The translations under genes were made by a program, and so were the position numbers. This document shows positions 42,691 to 57,099 of a DNA stretch of 64,000 bases, one piece after another. Below the pieces are notes generated by a model that saw only the letters and a program-made list of their open reading frames with translations, did not search any database and was not told the origin of the DNA. The first letter of the stretch is position 1. Each line of letters starts with the position of its first letter. Source of the stretch: the human T2T-CHM13v2.0 reference genome, Homo sapiens. The stretch lies in assembly GCF_009914755.1 (NCBI RefSeq), contig NC_060929.1, one strand, 5' to 3'.

Positions 42691-45600
42691 ATTCCATTCC
42701 ATTCCATTCCACTCTGTTTGATTCAGTTTCATTCCATTCCATTCCACGCGATTTGATTCCATTCCATTCTATTCCCTTTCATTCAATTCCACGTCATACG
42801 ATTCCATTCCATTCCATTCCATTCGGGTAAATTCCATTCCATTCCATTCCATTCCATTTCGGTAGATTCCATTCCATTCCATTCCATTGCACTCTGGTTG
42901 ATTCCGTTCCATTCCATTCCATTCCATTCCATTCCATTCCATTCCATTCCATTCCTTTGCATTCCGTTCCATTCCATTCCATTCAATTCGGGTTGATTCT
43001 ATTCAATTCCTTTACACTCCATTCCATTCTATTCCATTCCACACAATTCCATTCCATTCCATTCCATTCCATTCCATTCCATTCCATTCCAATCGGGTTG
43101 AATCCATTCCATTGCATTTCGTTCCGTTCTGTTCTATGTCATTCCTTTCCACTCTGTTCCATTCCATTCCATTCCATTCCATTCCACGCCATTCCACTCG
43201 GGTTGATTCCATTCCATTCCATTCCTTTCCATTTCATTCCATTCCATTCCACAGGAGTTGATTCCATTCCGTTCCAATCCATTTCATTCCACTCCACTCC
43301 ACTCGATTCCATTCCATTCCATTCCATTTGGGTAGTTTCCATTCCATTCTATTCCATTCCACTCCATTCCATTCCACTCAGGTTCCCTCGATTCCATTCC
43401 ATTCCATTCCTTTCCATTCCAATCCAGTTGATTCCATTCCATAGAATTCCATTCCATTCCTTTCCATTCCATTCCTTTCCATTGCACTCGGGTTCTTGCC
43501 ATTCCATTCCATTCCATTCCATTCCATTCTTTTCCATTCTATTCCACTCGGTTTGATTCCATTCCATTCCATTCCCTTCCATTCCATTCCATTCCGTTCC
43601 AGTCCATTGTACTACGTTTGATTCCATTCCATTACTTTCCAATCCATTCCATTCAATTCCATTTCATTGCTTTCCATTCAATTCCATTCGATTCCATTCC
43701 ACTCCACTCTACTCTGGTTGATTCCATTTCCTTCCATTCCATTCCATTCCCTTCCATTCCACTCGTGTTGATTCCATTCCATTCCATTCCATTCCATTCC
43801 ATTCCATTCCATTCCACCTGAGTTGATTCCATTCCATTCCATTCCATTCCACTCAATTCCACTCCATTCCATTCGGGATGATTCCATTCCATTCCAATCC
43901 ATTGCATTCCATTCCACTCTGTTTGATTCAGTTCCATTCCATTCCATTCCATGCAATTTGATTCCATTCTATTCTATTCAGTTTCATTCTATTCCACGCC
44001 AATCGATTCCAATCCATTCCATTCAATTCCATTCCATTCCACTCTGTTTGATTCAGTTCCATTCCATTCCATTCCATGTGATTTGATTCCATTCCATTCT
44101 ATTCAGTTTCATTCCATTGCACGCCATACGATTCCATTCCATTCCATTCCATTCGGGTACATTCCATTCCATTCCAATCCATTCCATTCCATTCCATTCC
44201 ATTCCATTCCACTCTTTTTGATTCAGTTCCATTCCATTCCATTCCATGTGATTTGATTCCATTCCATTCTATTCAGTTTCATTCCATTGCACGCCATACG
44301 ATTCCATTCCATTCCATTCCATTCGGGTACATTCCATTCCATTCCATTCCATTCCATTCCTTTCCATTCCATTCCATTGCACTTGGGTTGATTCCAATTC
44401 ATTCCCTTCCATTCCATTCCATTCCATTCCATTCCATTCCATTCCATTCCATTCCATTCCATTCAACTCCTTTCCATTCCATTCCATTCCATTCCATTCG
44501 GGTTGTTTCTATTCAATTCCTTTACACTCCATTCCATTCCATTCCATTCCACACAATTCCATTCCGTACCATTCCATTCCATTCCATTCCTTTCCGTTCC
44601 ATGCCCTTCCAATCGGGTTGATTCCATTTCATTCAATTTTATTCGGGTTGATTGCATTCCATTCCATTCCATTCCATTCCATTCCATTCCATTGCATTGC
44701 ATTCCATTGAACTCGAGTTGATTCCATTCCATTCCATTCCATTCCATTCCATTCCTTTCCATTCCTTTCCCCTCCATTCCACTCGGGTTCTTGCCATTCC
44801 ATTCCATTCCATTCCATTCCATTCCATTCCACTCGGGTTGATTCCATTCTATTCTTTTCCATTCTATTCCATTCCCTTCCATTCCACTCGGGTTAATTCC
44901 ATTCCTTTCCATTCCACTCAAATACATTCCCTTCTATTCCACTCGGAATGATTCCACTCCATTCCATTCCATTCAATTCCATTCCATTTTATTTCGTTCT
45001 ATTCCATTCAATTCCGTACCATTCCATTCCATTCCATTCCATTCCATTCCATTCCATTCCATTGCACTCGGGATGATTCCATTCCATTCCATTCCATTCC
45101 ATTCCATTCCATTCCATTCCACTCGGGTTGATTCCATTCCATTCCTTTCCATTCAATTCCATTCCCTTCCATTCCACTCGGGTTGATTCCATTCCTTTCC
45201 ATTCCACTGGATTACATTCCCTTCCATTCCACTCGGAATGATTCCATTCCATTCCATTGCATTGCATTCCAATCCATTCCATTCCATTCTATTCCACTCG
45301 AGTTGATTCCATTGCATTCCATTCCATTCCATTCCATTCCATTCCTTTCCATTTCATTACATTCCATTCTATTCGGGTTCATTCTATTCAATTCCTTCAC
45401 ACTCCATTCCATTCCATTCCACACAATTCCATTCCATTCCATTCCATTCCAATTGGGTTGAATCCATTTCATTCCATTTCGTTCCAGTCCATTCTATTCC
45501 GTACCATTCTATTCCATCCATTCCTTTCCATTCCATGCCATTCCACTCGGGTTGATTCCTTTCATTCCATTCTCTTCTGGTTGATTCCATTCCATTCCAT

Positions 45601-45899
45601 TCCATTGCACTCGAGTTGATTCCATTCCATTCCATTCCATTCCATTCCATTCCATTCCTTTCCATTCCACTCCGGTTGATTCCATTCTATTCTTTTCCAT
45701 TCCATTCCATTCCCTTCCATTCTACTCGGGTTGATTCCATTCCTTTCCATTCCACTCGAATACATTCCCTTCTATTCCACTCGGAATGATTCCACTCCAT
45801 TCCATTCTATTCCATTCCATTCCATTACATTTCATTTCGTTCTATTCCATTCTATTCCGTACCATTCCATTCCATTCCATTCCATTCCATTCCATTCCT

Positions 45900-48600
45900 T
45901 TCCATTCGACTCCATTCCATTGCACTCGGGTTCATTCCATTCCATTCCATTCCATTCTACTCCATTCCATTCGATTCCTCTCCATTCCATTCGCGATGAT
46001 TCCAATCCATTCCATTCCATTCCATTCCATTCCATTCCATTCTGTTTGATTCAGTTGCATTCCATTCCATTCCAGGGGATTTGATTCCATTCCATTCTAT
46101 TCCGTTTCATTCCATTCCACGCCATATGATTCCATTCCATTCCATTCCATTCGGGTACATACCATTCCATTTCATTCCATTCCATTCTGGTAGATTCCAT
46201 TCCATTCCATTCCATTCCATTCCATTCCATTCCATTCCATTACACTCGGGTTGTTTCCAATTCATTCCATCCCATTCCATTCCTTACCATTCCATTCCAT
46301 TCCATTCCTTTCCATTCCATGCCATTCCACTCGGGTTGATTCCATTCCATTCCATTCCATTCCATTCCGTTGCACTCGAGTTGATTCCATTCCATTCCAT
46401 TCCATTCCATTCCCTTCCATTCCATTCAACTCCTTTCCATTCCATTCCATTCCATTCCATTCGGGTTCTTTCTATTCAATTCCTTTACACTCCATTCCAT
46501 TCCATTCCATTCCATGCCATTCCATTCCATTCCTCTCTGTTTGATTCAGTTGCATTCCATTCCGTTCCACGCGATTTGATTCCATTCCATTCTATTGCGT
46601 TTCATTCCCTTCCACGCCATACGATTCCATTCCATTCCACACCATTCGGGTGCATTCCATTCCATTCCATTCCATTCCTTTCCATTCCATTCCATTGCAA
46701 TTGGGTTGATTCCAATTCATTCCCTTCCATTCCATTCCATTCCATTCCATTCCATTCCATTCCATTCCATTCCTTTCCATTCCATTCAACTCCTTTCCAT
46801 TCCATTCCATTCTATTGCATTCGGGTTGTTTCTATTCAATTCCTTTACACTCCATTCCATTCCATTCCATTCCACACAATTCCATTCCGTACCATTCCAT
46901 TCCATTCCATTCCTTTCCGTTCCATGCCCTTCCAATCGGGTTGATTCCATTTCATTCAGTTTTATTCGGGTTGATTGCATTGCATTCCATTCCATTCCAT
47001 TCCATTCCATTCCATTCCATTCCATTGCATTCTATTGCACTCGAGTTTATTCCATTCCATTCCATTCCATTCCATTGCACTAGAGTTGATTCCATTCCTT
47101 TCCATTCCATTCCATTCCATTCCATTCCTTTCCCCTCTATTCCACTCGGGTTCTTGCCATTGCATTCCATTCCATTCCATTCCATTCCACTCGGGTTGAT
47201 TCCATTCTATTCTTCTCCATTCCATTCCATTCCCTTCCATTCCACTCGGGTTGATTCCATTCCTTTCCATTCCACTCGAATACATTCCCTTCTATTCCAC
47301 TCGGAATTATTCCACTCCATTCCATTCCATTCCACTCCATTCCATTCCATTCCATTCCATTCCATTCCATTCCATTCCATTTCATTTCGTTCTATTCCAT
47401 TCTATTCCGTACCATTCCATTCCATTCCATTCCATTCCATGCCATTCCTTTCCATTCCATTCCATTCCATTCCATTCCATGACATTCCACTCGGGTGGAT
47501 TCCATTCCTTTCCATTCCCTTCGGATTGAATCCATTCCATCCCATTCCTTTCCATTCGACTCCATTCCATTGCACTTGGGTTCATTCCATTCGATTCCAT
47601 TCCATTCTACTCCATTCCATTCGATTCCACTCCATTCCATTCGGGATGATTCCATTCCATTCCATTCCATTCCATTCCATTCCATTCCATTCCATTCCAC
47701 TCTGTTTGATTCAGTTGCATTCCATTCCATTCCAGGGGATTTGATTCCATTCCATACTATTCCGTTTCATTCCATTCCACGCCATACGATTCCATTCCAT
47801 TCCATTCCATTCGGGTACATTCCATTCCACTCCATTTCCTTCCATTCCATTCTGGTAGATTCCATTCCATTCCATTCCATTCCATTCCATTGCACTCGGG
47901 TTGAATCCAATTCATTCCATTCCATTCCATTCCATTCCACTCCATTCCATTCCATTCCTTTCCATTCCATTCCATTCCATTCCATTCGGGTTGTTTCTAT
48001 TCACTTCCTTTACACTCCATTACATTCCATTCCATTCCACACAATTCCATTCCTTACCATTCCATTCCATTCCATTCCTTTCCATTCCATGCCATTCCAC
48101 TCGGGTTGATTCCATTCCATTCCGTTGCACTCGATTTGATTCCATTCCATTCCATTCCATTCCATTCCTGTCCATTCCATTCCATTCCGGTTGATTCCAT
48201 TCTATTCCATTCCATTCCATTCCATTTCCTTCCATTCCACTCGCGGTGATTCCATTCCTTTCCATTCCACTCGAATACATTCCCTTCTATTCCACTCGGA
48301 ATGATTCCATTCCATTCTTCTGCATTCCATTTCGATCCATTCCATTCTATTCCGTAAGATTCCATTCCATTCCATTCCATTCCATGCCATTGCACTCGAG
48401 TTGATTCCTTTTCTTTCCATTCCATTCGGGTTGAATCCATTCCATTCCATTCCATTCAATTCGATTCCATTCCATTGCACTCGGGTTGATTCCCTTCCAT
48501 TCCATTCCATTCCATTCCATTCCATTCCACTGTGTTTGATTCAGTTCCATTCCATTGCATTCCACGCGATTTGATTCCATTCCATTCTATTACGTTTCAT
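45900..48600 (+). repeat. Dispersed copy of ~35,600-38,450 (offset ~10.2 kb)
   Basis: ccgttgcactcgag ~46367/~36218; cgggtgcattcc ~46648/~36483; tgacattcc ~47480/~37231; ccaggggatttg..tactatt ~47732/~37468; cgatcc..gtaagatt ~48333/~38109. Confidence 0.8.
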
Positions 48601-50320
48601 TCCATGCCATGCCATACGAATCCATTCCATTCCATTCCATTCGGGTACATTCCATTCCATTCCATTCCATTCCATTCCATTCTGGTAGATTCCATTCCAT
48701 TCCATTCCATTCCATTCTATTGCACTCGGGTTGATTCCAATTCATTCCATTCCATTCCATTCCATTCCATTCCATTCCATTCCGTTCCGTTCCGTTCCAT
48801 TCCATTCCATTCTGGTTGATTCTATTCAATTCCTTCACACTCCATTCCATTCCATTCCATTCCATTCTGGTTGATTCTATTCAATTCCTTTACACTCCAT
48901 TCCATTCCATTCCATTCCACACAATTCCATTCCGTACCATTCCATTCCATTCCATTCCTTTCTCTTCCATGCAATTATACTCTGGGTGATTCCATTTCAT
49001 TACATTCTATTCGGGTTGATTGCATTCCATTCCATTGCATTCCATTCCATTCCATTCCGTTCTATTCCATTCAATTGCATTCCTTTTCACTCGAGTTGAT
49101 TCCATTGCATTCCATTCCATTCCATTCCATTCCATTCCTTTCCATTCCATTCCACTCGGGTTGATTCCATTCTATTCTTTTCCATTCCATTCCATTCCAT
49201 TCCCTTCCATTCCACGCGGGTTTATTCCATTCCTTTCCATTCCACTCGAATACATTCCTTTCTATTCCACTCGGAATGATTCCATTCCATTCCATTCCAT
49301 TACATTTCGATCCATTCCATTCTATTCCGTAAGATTCCATTCCATTCCATTCCATTCCATGCCATTCCACTCGAGTTGATTCCTTTCCTTTCCATTCCTT
49401 TCGGGTTGAATCCATTCCATTCCATTCCATTCAATTCGATTCCATTCCATTGCACTCGGGTTGATTCCCTTCCATTCCATTCGATTCCATTTCATTCCAT
49501 TCCACTCCATTCTATTCGGGATGATGCCATTCCATTCCATTTCATTCCATTCCATTCCATTCCTCTCTGTTTGATTCAGCTGCATTCCATTGCATTCCAC
49601 GCGATTTGATTCCATTCCATTCTATTACGTTTCATTCCATGCCACGCCATACGAATCCATTCCATTCCATTCCATTCCATTCCATTCCATTCCATTCCAT
49701 TCCATTCTGGTAGATTCCATTCCATTCCATTCCATTCCATTCCATTCCATTCCATTGCACTCGGGTTGATTCCAATTCATTCCATTCCATTCCATTCCAT
49801 TCCATTCCATTCCATTCCATTCCGTTCCGTTCCATTCCATTCCCTTCCATTCTGGTTGATTCTATTCAATTCCTTTACACTCCATTCCATTCCATTCTGG
49901 TTGATTCTATTCAATTCCTTTACACTCCATTCCATTCCATTCCATTCCACACAATTCCATTCCGTACCATTCCATTCCATTCCATTGCTTTCCCTTCCAT
50001 GCAATTCCACTCTGGGTGATTGCATTTCATTACATTCTATTCGGGTTGATTGCATTCCATTCCATTGCATTCCATTGCATTCCATTCCATTCCATTCCAT
50101 TCCATTGCATTCCTTTTCACTCGAGTTGATTCCATTCCATTCCATTCCATTCCATTCCATTCCATTCCATTCCTTTCCATTCCATTCCACTCGGGTTGAT
50201 TCCATTCTATTCTTTTCCATTCCATTCCATTCCTTTCCCTTCCATTCCACTCGGGTTTATTCCATTCCTTTCCATTCCACTCGAATACATTCCCTTCTAT
50301 TCCACTCGGAATGATTCCAC
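48270..50320 (+). repeat. ~1.0 kb tandem duplication
   Basis: ccatacgaatcc ~48612/~49647; tctgggtgat 48981/50011; tccttttcactcgag 49081/50111; cgggtttatt ~49217/~50252; gtaagatt ~48354/~49329. Confidence 0.82.
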
Positions 50321-53300
50321 TCCATTCCATTCCATTCCATTCCTTTCAAATTCATTTCGTTGCATTCCATTCTATTCCGTTCCATTCCTTTGCATTCCAT
50401 TCCATGCCATTCCACTCGGGTTGATTCCATTCCTTTCCATTCCATTCGGATTGAATCCATTCCATTCCATTCCATTCCATTCTATTGCATTCCATTGCAC
50501 TCGGGTTCATTCCATTCCATTCCATTCTACTCCATTAAATTCCGTTCCACTCCATTCCATTCGGGATGATTCCTTTCCATTCCATTACATTCCAGTCTAT
50601 TCCACTCCATTCCACTCTGTTTGATTCAGTTGCATTCCATTCCATTCCAGGCGATTTGATTCCATTCCATTCTATTCCGTTTCATTCCATTCCACGCCAT
50701 ACGATTCGATTCCATTCCATTCCACTCCATTCGTTTACATTCCATTCCATTCCATTCCATTCCATTCTGGTAGATTCCATTAAATTCCATTCCATTGCAT
50801 TCCATTCCATTCCACTCCATTCCACTCTGGTTGATTCCGATTCATTCCATTCCATTCCATTCCACTCCATTCCATTCCATTCCATTCCATTCCGTTCCGT
50901 TCCGTTCCATTCAATTTTTTCCTTTCCATTCCATTCCATTTGGGTTGATTCTATTCAGTTCCTTTACACTGCATTCCATTCCATTCCATTCCACACAATT
51001 CCATTCCGTACCATTCCATTCCATTCCATTCCTTTCCATTCCATGCCATTCCACTCGGGTTGATTCCATTTCATTCCATTTTATTCGGGTTGATTCCATT
51101 CCATTCCGTTCCATTCCATTCCATTCCATTGTATTCCATTGCACTCGAGTTGATTCCATTCCGTTCCATTACATTCCATTCCATTCCACACAATTCCATT
51201 CCGTACCATTCCTTTCCATTCCATTCCATTCCATTCCATTGCATTCCATTGTACTCGAGTTGATTCCTTTCCATTCCATTTCATTCCATTCTATTCAGGT
51301 TGATTCCATTCCATTCCATTCCATTCCATTCCATTCCATTCCACAAAATTCCATTCCGTACCAGTCCATTCCATTCCATTCCATTCCATTTGATTCCATT
51401 CCATTCCATTCCATTGCACTCAAGTTGATTCCATTCCATTCCATTCCATTCCATTCCTTTCCATTCCATTCCACAAGGGTTGATTCCATTCTATTCTTTT
51501 CCATTCCATTCCATTCCCTTCCATTCCACTCAGGTTGATTCCATTCCTTTCCATTCCACTCGAATACATTCCCTTCTATTCCACTCGGAATAATTCCAGT
51601 CCATTCCATTCCATTCCATTCTGTTCCATTTCATTTCGTTCTATTCCATTCTATTCCGTACCATTCCATTGAATTCCATTCCATTCCATTCCATTCCATT
51701 CCATTCCATTCCATTCCATTCCATGCCATTCCAGTTGGGTTGATTCCCTTCCTTTCCATTCCATTCGGATTGAATCCATTCCATTCCATTTCTTTCCATT
51801 CGATTCCATTCCGTTGCACTCAGGTTCATTCCATTCCATTCCATTCCATTCTACTCCATTCCATTCCATTCCACTCCATTCCATTCGGGATGATTCCATT
51901 CCATTCCATTCCATTCCATTCCATTCCATTCCATTCCATTCCATTCCTTTCCACTCTGTTTGATTCAGTTCCATTCCATTGTATTCCACGCGATTTGATT
52001 CCATTCCATTCAATTTTGTTTCATTCCATTCCACGCCATACGATCCCAATGTATTCCATTCCATTCTGGTACATTCCATTCCATTCCATTCCATTCTTGT
52101 AGATTCCATTCCATTCCATTCCATTCCATTGCACTCGAGTTGATTCCATTCCATTCCATTCCATTCCATTCCGTTCCATTCCATTCCATTCCATTCCATT
52201 CCATTCCATTCATGTTGATTCTATTCAATTCATTTACACTCCATTCCATTCCATTCCATTCCACACAATTCCATTCCATTCCGTTCCATTCCATTCCATT
52301 CCATTCCATTCCATTCCATTCCATTCCGTGCCATTCCACTCAGGTTAATTCCGTTCCTTTCCATTCCATTCGGGTTGAATCCATTCCATTCCATTCCATT
52401 CCATTCCATTCCATTCCATTCCATTCCATTCTTCTATTGCATTTCATTGCACTTTTGTTCATTCCATTCCATTCCATTCCATTCCATTCCATTCTATTCT
52501 ATTCCATTCCATTCCACTCCATTCCATTCGGGATGATTCAGTTCCTTTCCATTCAATTCCATTCCATTCCACTCTGTTTGATTCAGTTCCATTCCATTCC
52601 ATTCCACGCGATTTGATTCCATTCCATTCTATTCCGTTTAATTCCATTCCATGCCATACGATTCCATTCCATTCCATACCATTCGGGTACATTCCATTCC
52701 ATTCCATTCCATTCCATTCCATTCTGGTAGATTTCATTCCATTCCATTCCATTCCATTCCGTTGCATTCCATTGCACTCGTGTTGATTCCATTCCTTTCC
52801 ATTCCACTCGATTACATTCCCTTCCATTCCACTCGGAATGAATCCATTCCATTCCATTCCATTCCATTGCATTTCGTTCCATTCCATTCTATTCCATTCC
52901 ATTCCATTCCATTCGGGTTTATTCTATTCAATTCCTTTACACTCCGTTCCATTCCACACAATTCCATTCCATTCCATTCCATTCCATTTCAAGTAGGTTG
53001 GATCCATTACATTCCTTTTCCTTCCATTCAATTCCATTGCATTCCATTGCATGCCATTCCAATCGGGTTGATTCCTTTCCATTCCATTACATTCGGGTTG
53101 ATTAAATTCCATTCCATGCAATTCCATTCCATTCCATTCCACTCCATTCCATTCGGGATGATTCCATTGCATTCTATTCCATTCCATTCCATTCCATTCC
53201 ACTCGGGTTGATTCCATTCCATTCCTTTCCATTCCATTTCATTCCCTTCCATTCCAGTCGGGTTGATTCCATTCCTTTCCATTCCACTCGATTACATTCC

Positions 53301-56300
53301 CTTCCATTCCACTCGCAATGATTCCATTCCATTCCATTGCATTCCATTCCAATCCATTCCATTCCATTCCATTCCACTCAAGTTGATTCCATTCCATTCC
53401 ATTCCATTCCATTCCATTCCATTCCATTCCTTTGCATTCCATTTCATTCCATTCCATTCGGGTTGATTCCATTCCATTCCATTCCTTTCCATTCCATTCC
53501 ATTCCGTTCCATTCCATTCCATTCCATTGGATTCCATTGCAGTCGAGTTGATTCCATTCCATTCCATTCCATTCCATTCCATTCCATTCCATTCCATTCC
53601 TTACCATTCCACTCCATTCCATTCGGGATGGTTCCATTCCATTCCATTCCATTCCATTCCACTCTGTTTGATTCAGTTCCATTCCATTCCATTCCACGTG
53701 ATTTGATTCCGTTCCATTCTATTCCGTTTTATTCCATTCCACGCAATACGATTCCATTACATTCCATTCCACTCGGGTACATTCCATTCCATTCCATTCC
53801 ACTCCATTCCATTCCATTCCATTCTGGTAGATTCCATTCCATTCCACTCCATTCCATTCCATTACATTCCATTGCACCCAGATCGATTCCATTCCTTTCC
53901 ATTCCACTCGATTACATTCCCTTCCATTCCACTCGGAATGATTCCATTCCATTCCATTCCATTCCATTCCATTCCATTCCATTCCACTCTGTTTGATTCA
54001 GTTCCATTCCATTCCATTCCACGCGATTTGATTCCATTCCATTCTATTCAGTTTCATTCCATTCCACGCCATAAAATTCCATTCCATTCCATTCCATTCT
54101 GGTACATTCCGTTCCATTCCATCCCATTCCCTTCCATTCCACTCAGGTTGATTCCATTCTATTACTTTCCTTTCCATTCCATTCCCTTCCATTCCACTCG
54201 GGTTGATTCCATTCCTTTCCATTGCACTCGAATACATTCCCTTCTATTCCCCTCGGAATGATTCCATTCCATTCCATTCCATTCCATTGCATTCCATTGC
54301 GTTACATTCCATTCTATTCCGTACCATTCCATTCCATTCCATTCCATTCCATGCCATTCTACTCGAGTTGATTCCATTCCTTTCCATTCCATTCGGGTTG
54401 AAGCAATTCCATTGCATTCCACTCTGTTTGATTCAGTTCCATTCCATTCCATTCCACGCGATTTGATTCCATTCCATTCTACTCCGTTTCATTCAATTCC
54501 ACGCCATACGTTTCCATTGCATTCCATTCCATTCGGGTACATTCCATTCCATTCGGGTACATTCCATTCCATTGCATTCCATTCCATTCCATTCCATTCC
54601 ATTCCATTCCATTGCATTCTAGTAGATTCCATTCCATTCCATTCCATTCCATTGCACTCGGATTGATTCCATTCCTTTCCATTCCACTTGATTACATTCC
54701 CTTCCATTCCACTCGGAATGATTCCATTCCATTACATTCCATTCCATTTCACTCTTTTTGACTCAGTTCCATTCCATTGCATTCCACGCGGGTTGATTCC
54801 ATTCCATTCTATTCCGTTTCATTCCAGTCCACTCCATTCGATTCCATTCCATTCCATTCTGGTAGATTCTATTCCATTCCACTCCATTCCGATACTTTCG
54901 GTTAGGGTCCATTCCATTCCATTCCACTCCATTGCACTCACCTTGACTCCAATCCATTCCATTCCATTCCATTCCATTCCATTCCTTTGCACTCTAGTTG
55001 ATTCCATTGAATTCCATTCCATTCCATTCCATTCCATTCCATTCCACTCGGGTTGATTCCATTCCTTTCCTTTCCATTCCATTCCATTCCTCTCCATTCC
55101 ACTCGGGTTGATTCCATTCCTTTCCATTCCACTCGATTACATTCCCTTCCATTACACTCCGAATGATTCTATTCCATTCCATTCCATTCCATTGCATTCC
55201 ATTCCAATTTATTCCATTCCATTCCATTCCACCCGAGTTGATTCCATTCCATTCCATTCCATTCCATTCAATTCCATTCCGTTCCATTCCATTCCATTCC
55301 ATTCTGGTTGATTTTATTCAATTCCTTTACACTCCTTTCCATTCCATTCCATTCCACACAATTCCATTCCATTCCATTCCTTTCGAAATGTGTTGAATCC
55401 ATTCCAACCCATTTCTTTCCATTCCATTCAATTCCGTACCATTCCATTCCATTCCATTCCATTCCATTCCATGCTATTCCACTCGGGTTGATTCCACGCC
55501 ATTCCATTCCATTCGGTTTGATTCCTTTCCATTCCATTCCATTCCATTCCATTGCACTCAGGTTGATTCCGTTCTATTCCATTCCACTCCATTCCATTCC
55601 ATTCGTGTTGATTCCATTCCATTCCATTCCATTCCATTCCATTCCATTGCACTCGGGTTGATTCCGTTCCATTCCATTACATTCCATTCTATTCCATTCC
55701 ATTCCATTCCATTCTATTCCATTCCTTTCCATTCCATTTCACTCGGTTTGATTCCATTGTATTCCATTCCATTCCATTCCATTCCATTCCATTCCATGCC
55801 ATTCCACTCGGGTTGATTCCATTCCATTGCATTCCGTTCCATTCCATTCTATTCCATTCCACTCCATTCCATTCCATTCCACTCCATTCCATTCCATTCC
55901 ATTCCTTTCCATTCCATTCCACTCGGGTTGATTCCAATCCATTCCATTCCATTCCATTCCATTCCATTCCATTCCATTCCATTCCATTCCATTGCACTCG
56001 GGTTGATTCCATTGCATCCCATTCAATTTCATTCCATTCCATTCCATTTATTACTATTCCATTCCATTCCATTCCATTCCACTAGGTTTGATTCCTTTCC
56101 ATAACATTCCAATCCATTCTATTCACTTCCATTTCATTGCTTTACATTCCATTCCATTCGGTTCCATTCCACTCCACTCTACTCGGGTTGATTGCATTTC
56201 ATTCCATTTCATTCCATTCCATTCCATTCCATTCCATGCCATTCCACTCGGGTTGATTCCATTCCATTCCTTTCCATTCCATTGTATTCCCTTCCATTCC

Positions 56301-57099
56301 ACTCGTGTTGATTTCATCACTTTCCTTTCCACTCAATTACATTTCCTTCCATTCCCCTCGGAAAGAATCAATTCCATTCCATTCCATTCCATATCATTCC
56401 ATTTCATTCCATTCCAATCCATTCCATTCCATTCCATTCCACTCGAGTTGATTCCATTCCATTCCATTCCATTCCATTCCATTCCATTCCATTCCATTCC
56501 GTTTCATTCCATTCCATTCCATTCCATTGGTGGTGATTCTTTTCAATTCCTTAACACTCCTTTCCTTTCCATTCCATTCCACAAAATTCCATTCCATTCC
56601 ATTCCATTCCATTCCAATCGGGTTGAATCCATTCCATTCCATTTCGTTACATTCCATTCTATTCCATTCCATTCCATTCGTTTCCATTCCTTTCCATTCC
56701 ATTTCATTCCATTCCATTCCACTTGGGTTGATTCTATTCCATTCAATTCCATTCCATTCCATTTAATTTCATTCCATTCCATTCCATTCCAGTTGATTCC
56801 ACTCCATGCAATTCCATTCCATTCCACTCGGGTTGATTACATTCCATTCCATTCCATTCTGTTTCATTCCATTCGATTCCATTCCATTCCATTGCATTTC
56901 ATTCCATTGCACTCCATTCGATTCCTTTCCATTCCATTGCATTCGGGTAGTTTCCATTCCATTCCATTCCACTTCATTCCATACGGGTAGATTCCATTCC
57001 ATTCCATTCCATTCCATTCCGTTCCATTCCGTTCCGTTCCGTTCCGTTCTGTTCCATTCCATTCCATTCCATTCGGGTAGATTGCATTGTATTTCATTC

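Larger units (their letters stand above)
40800..43220 (+). repeat. ~1.47 kb tandem duplication; the second copy has a ~0.5 kb internal deletion
   Basis: cttatagattccattct ~40868/~42339; ggaagattcc 41211/42681; acgtcatacg 41321/42791 (offset 1470); then gttctatgtc 42181/43131 (offset 950). Confidence 0.85.

Noticed and set aside
54902-54907. Telomeric hexamer TTAGGG
   Set aside because: A single copy, so it provides no evidence of an interstitial telomere or a healing event.
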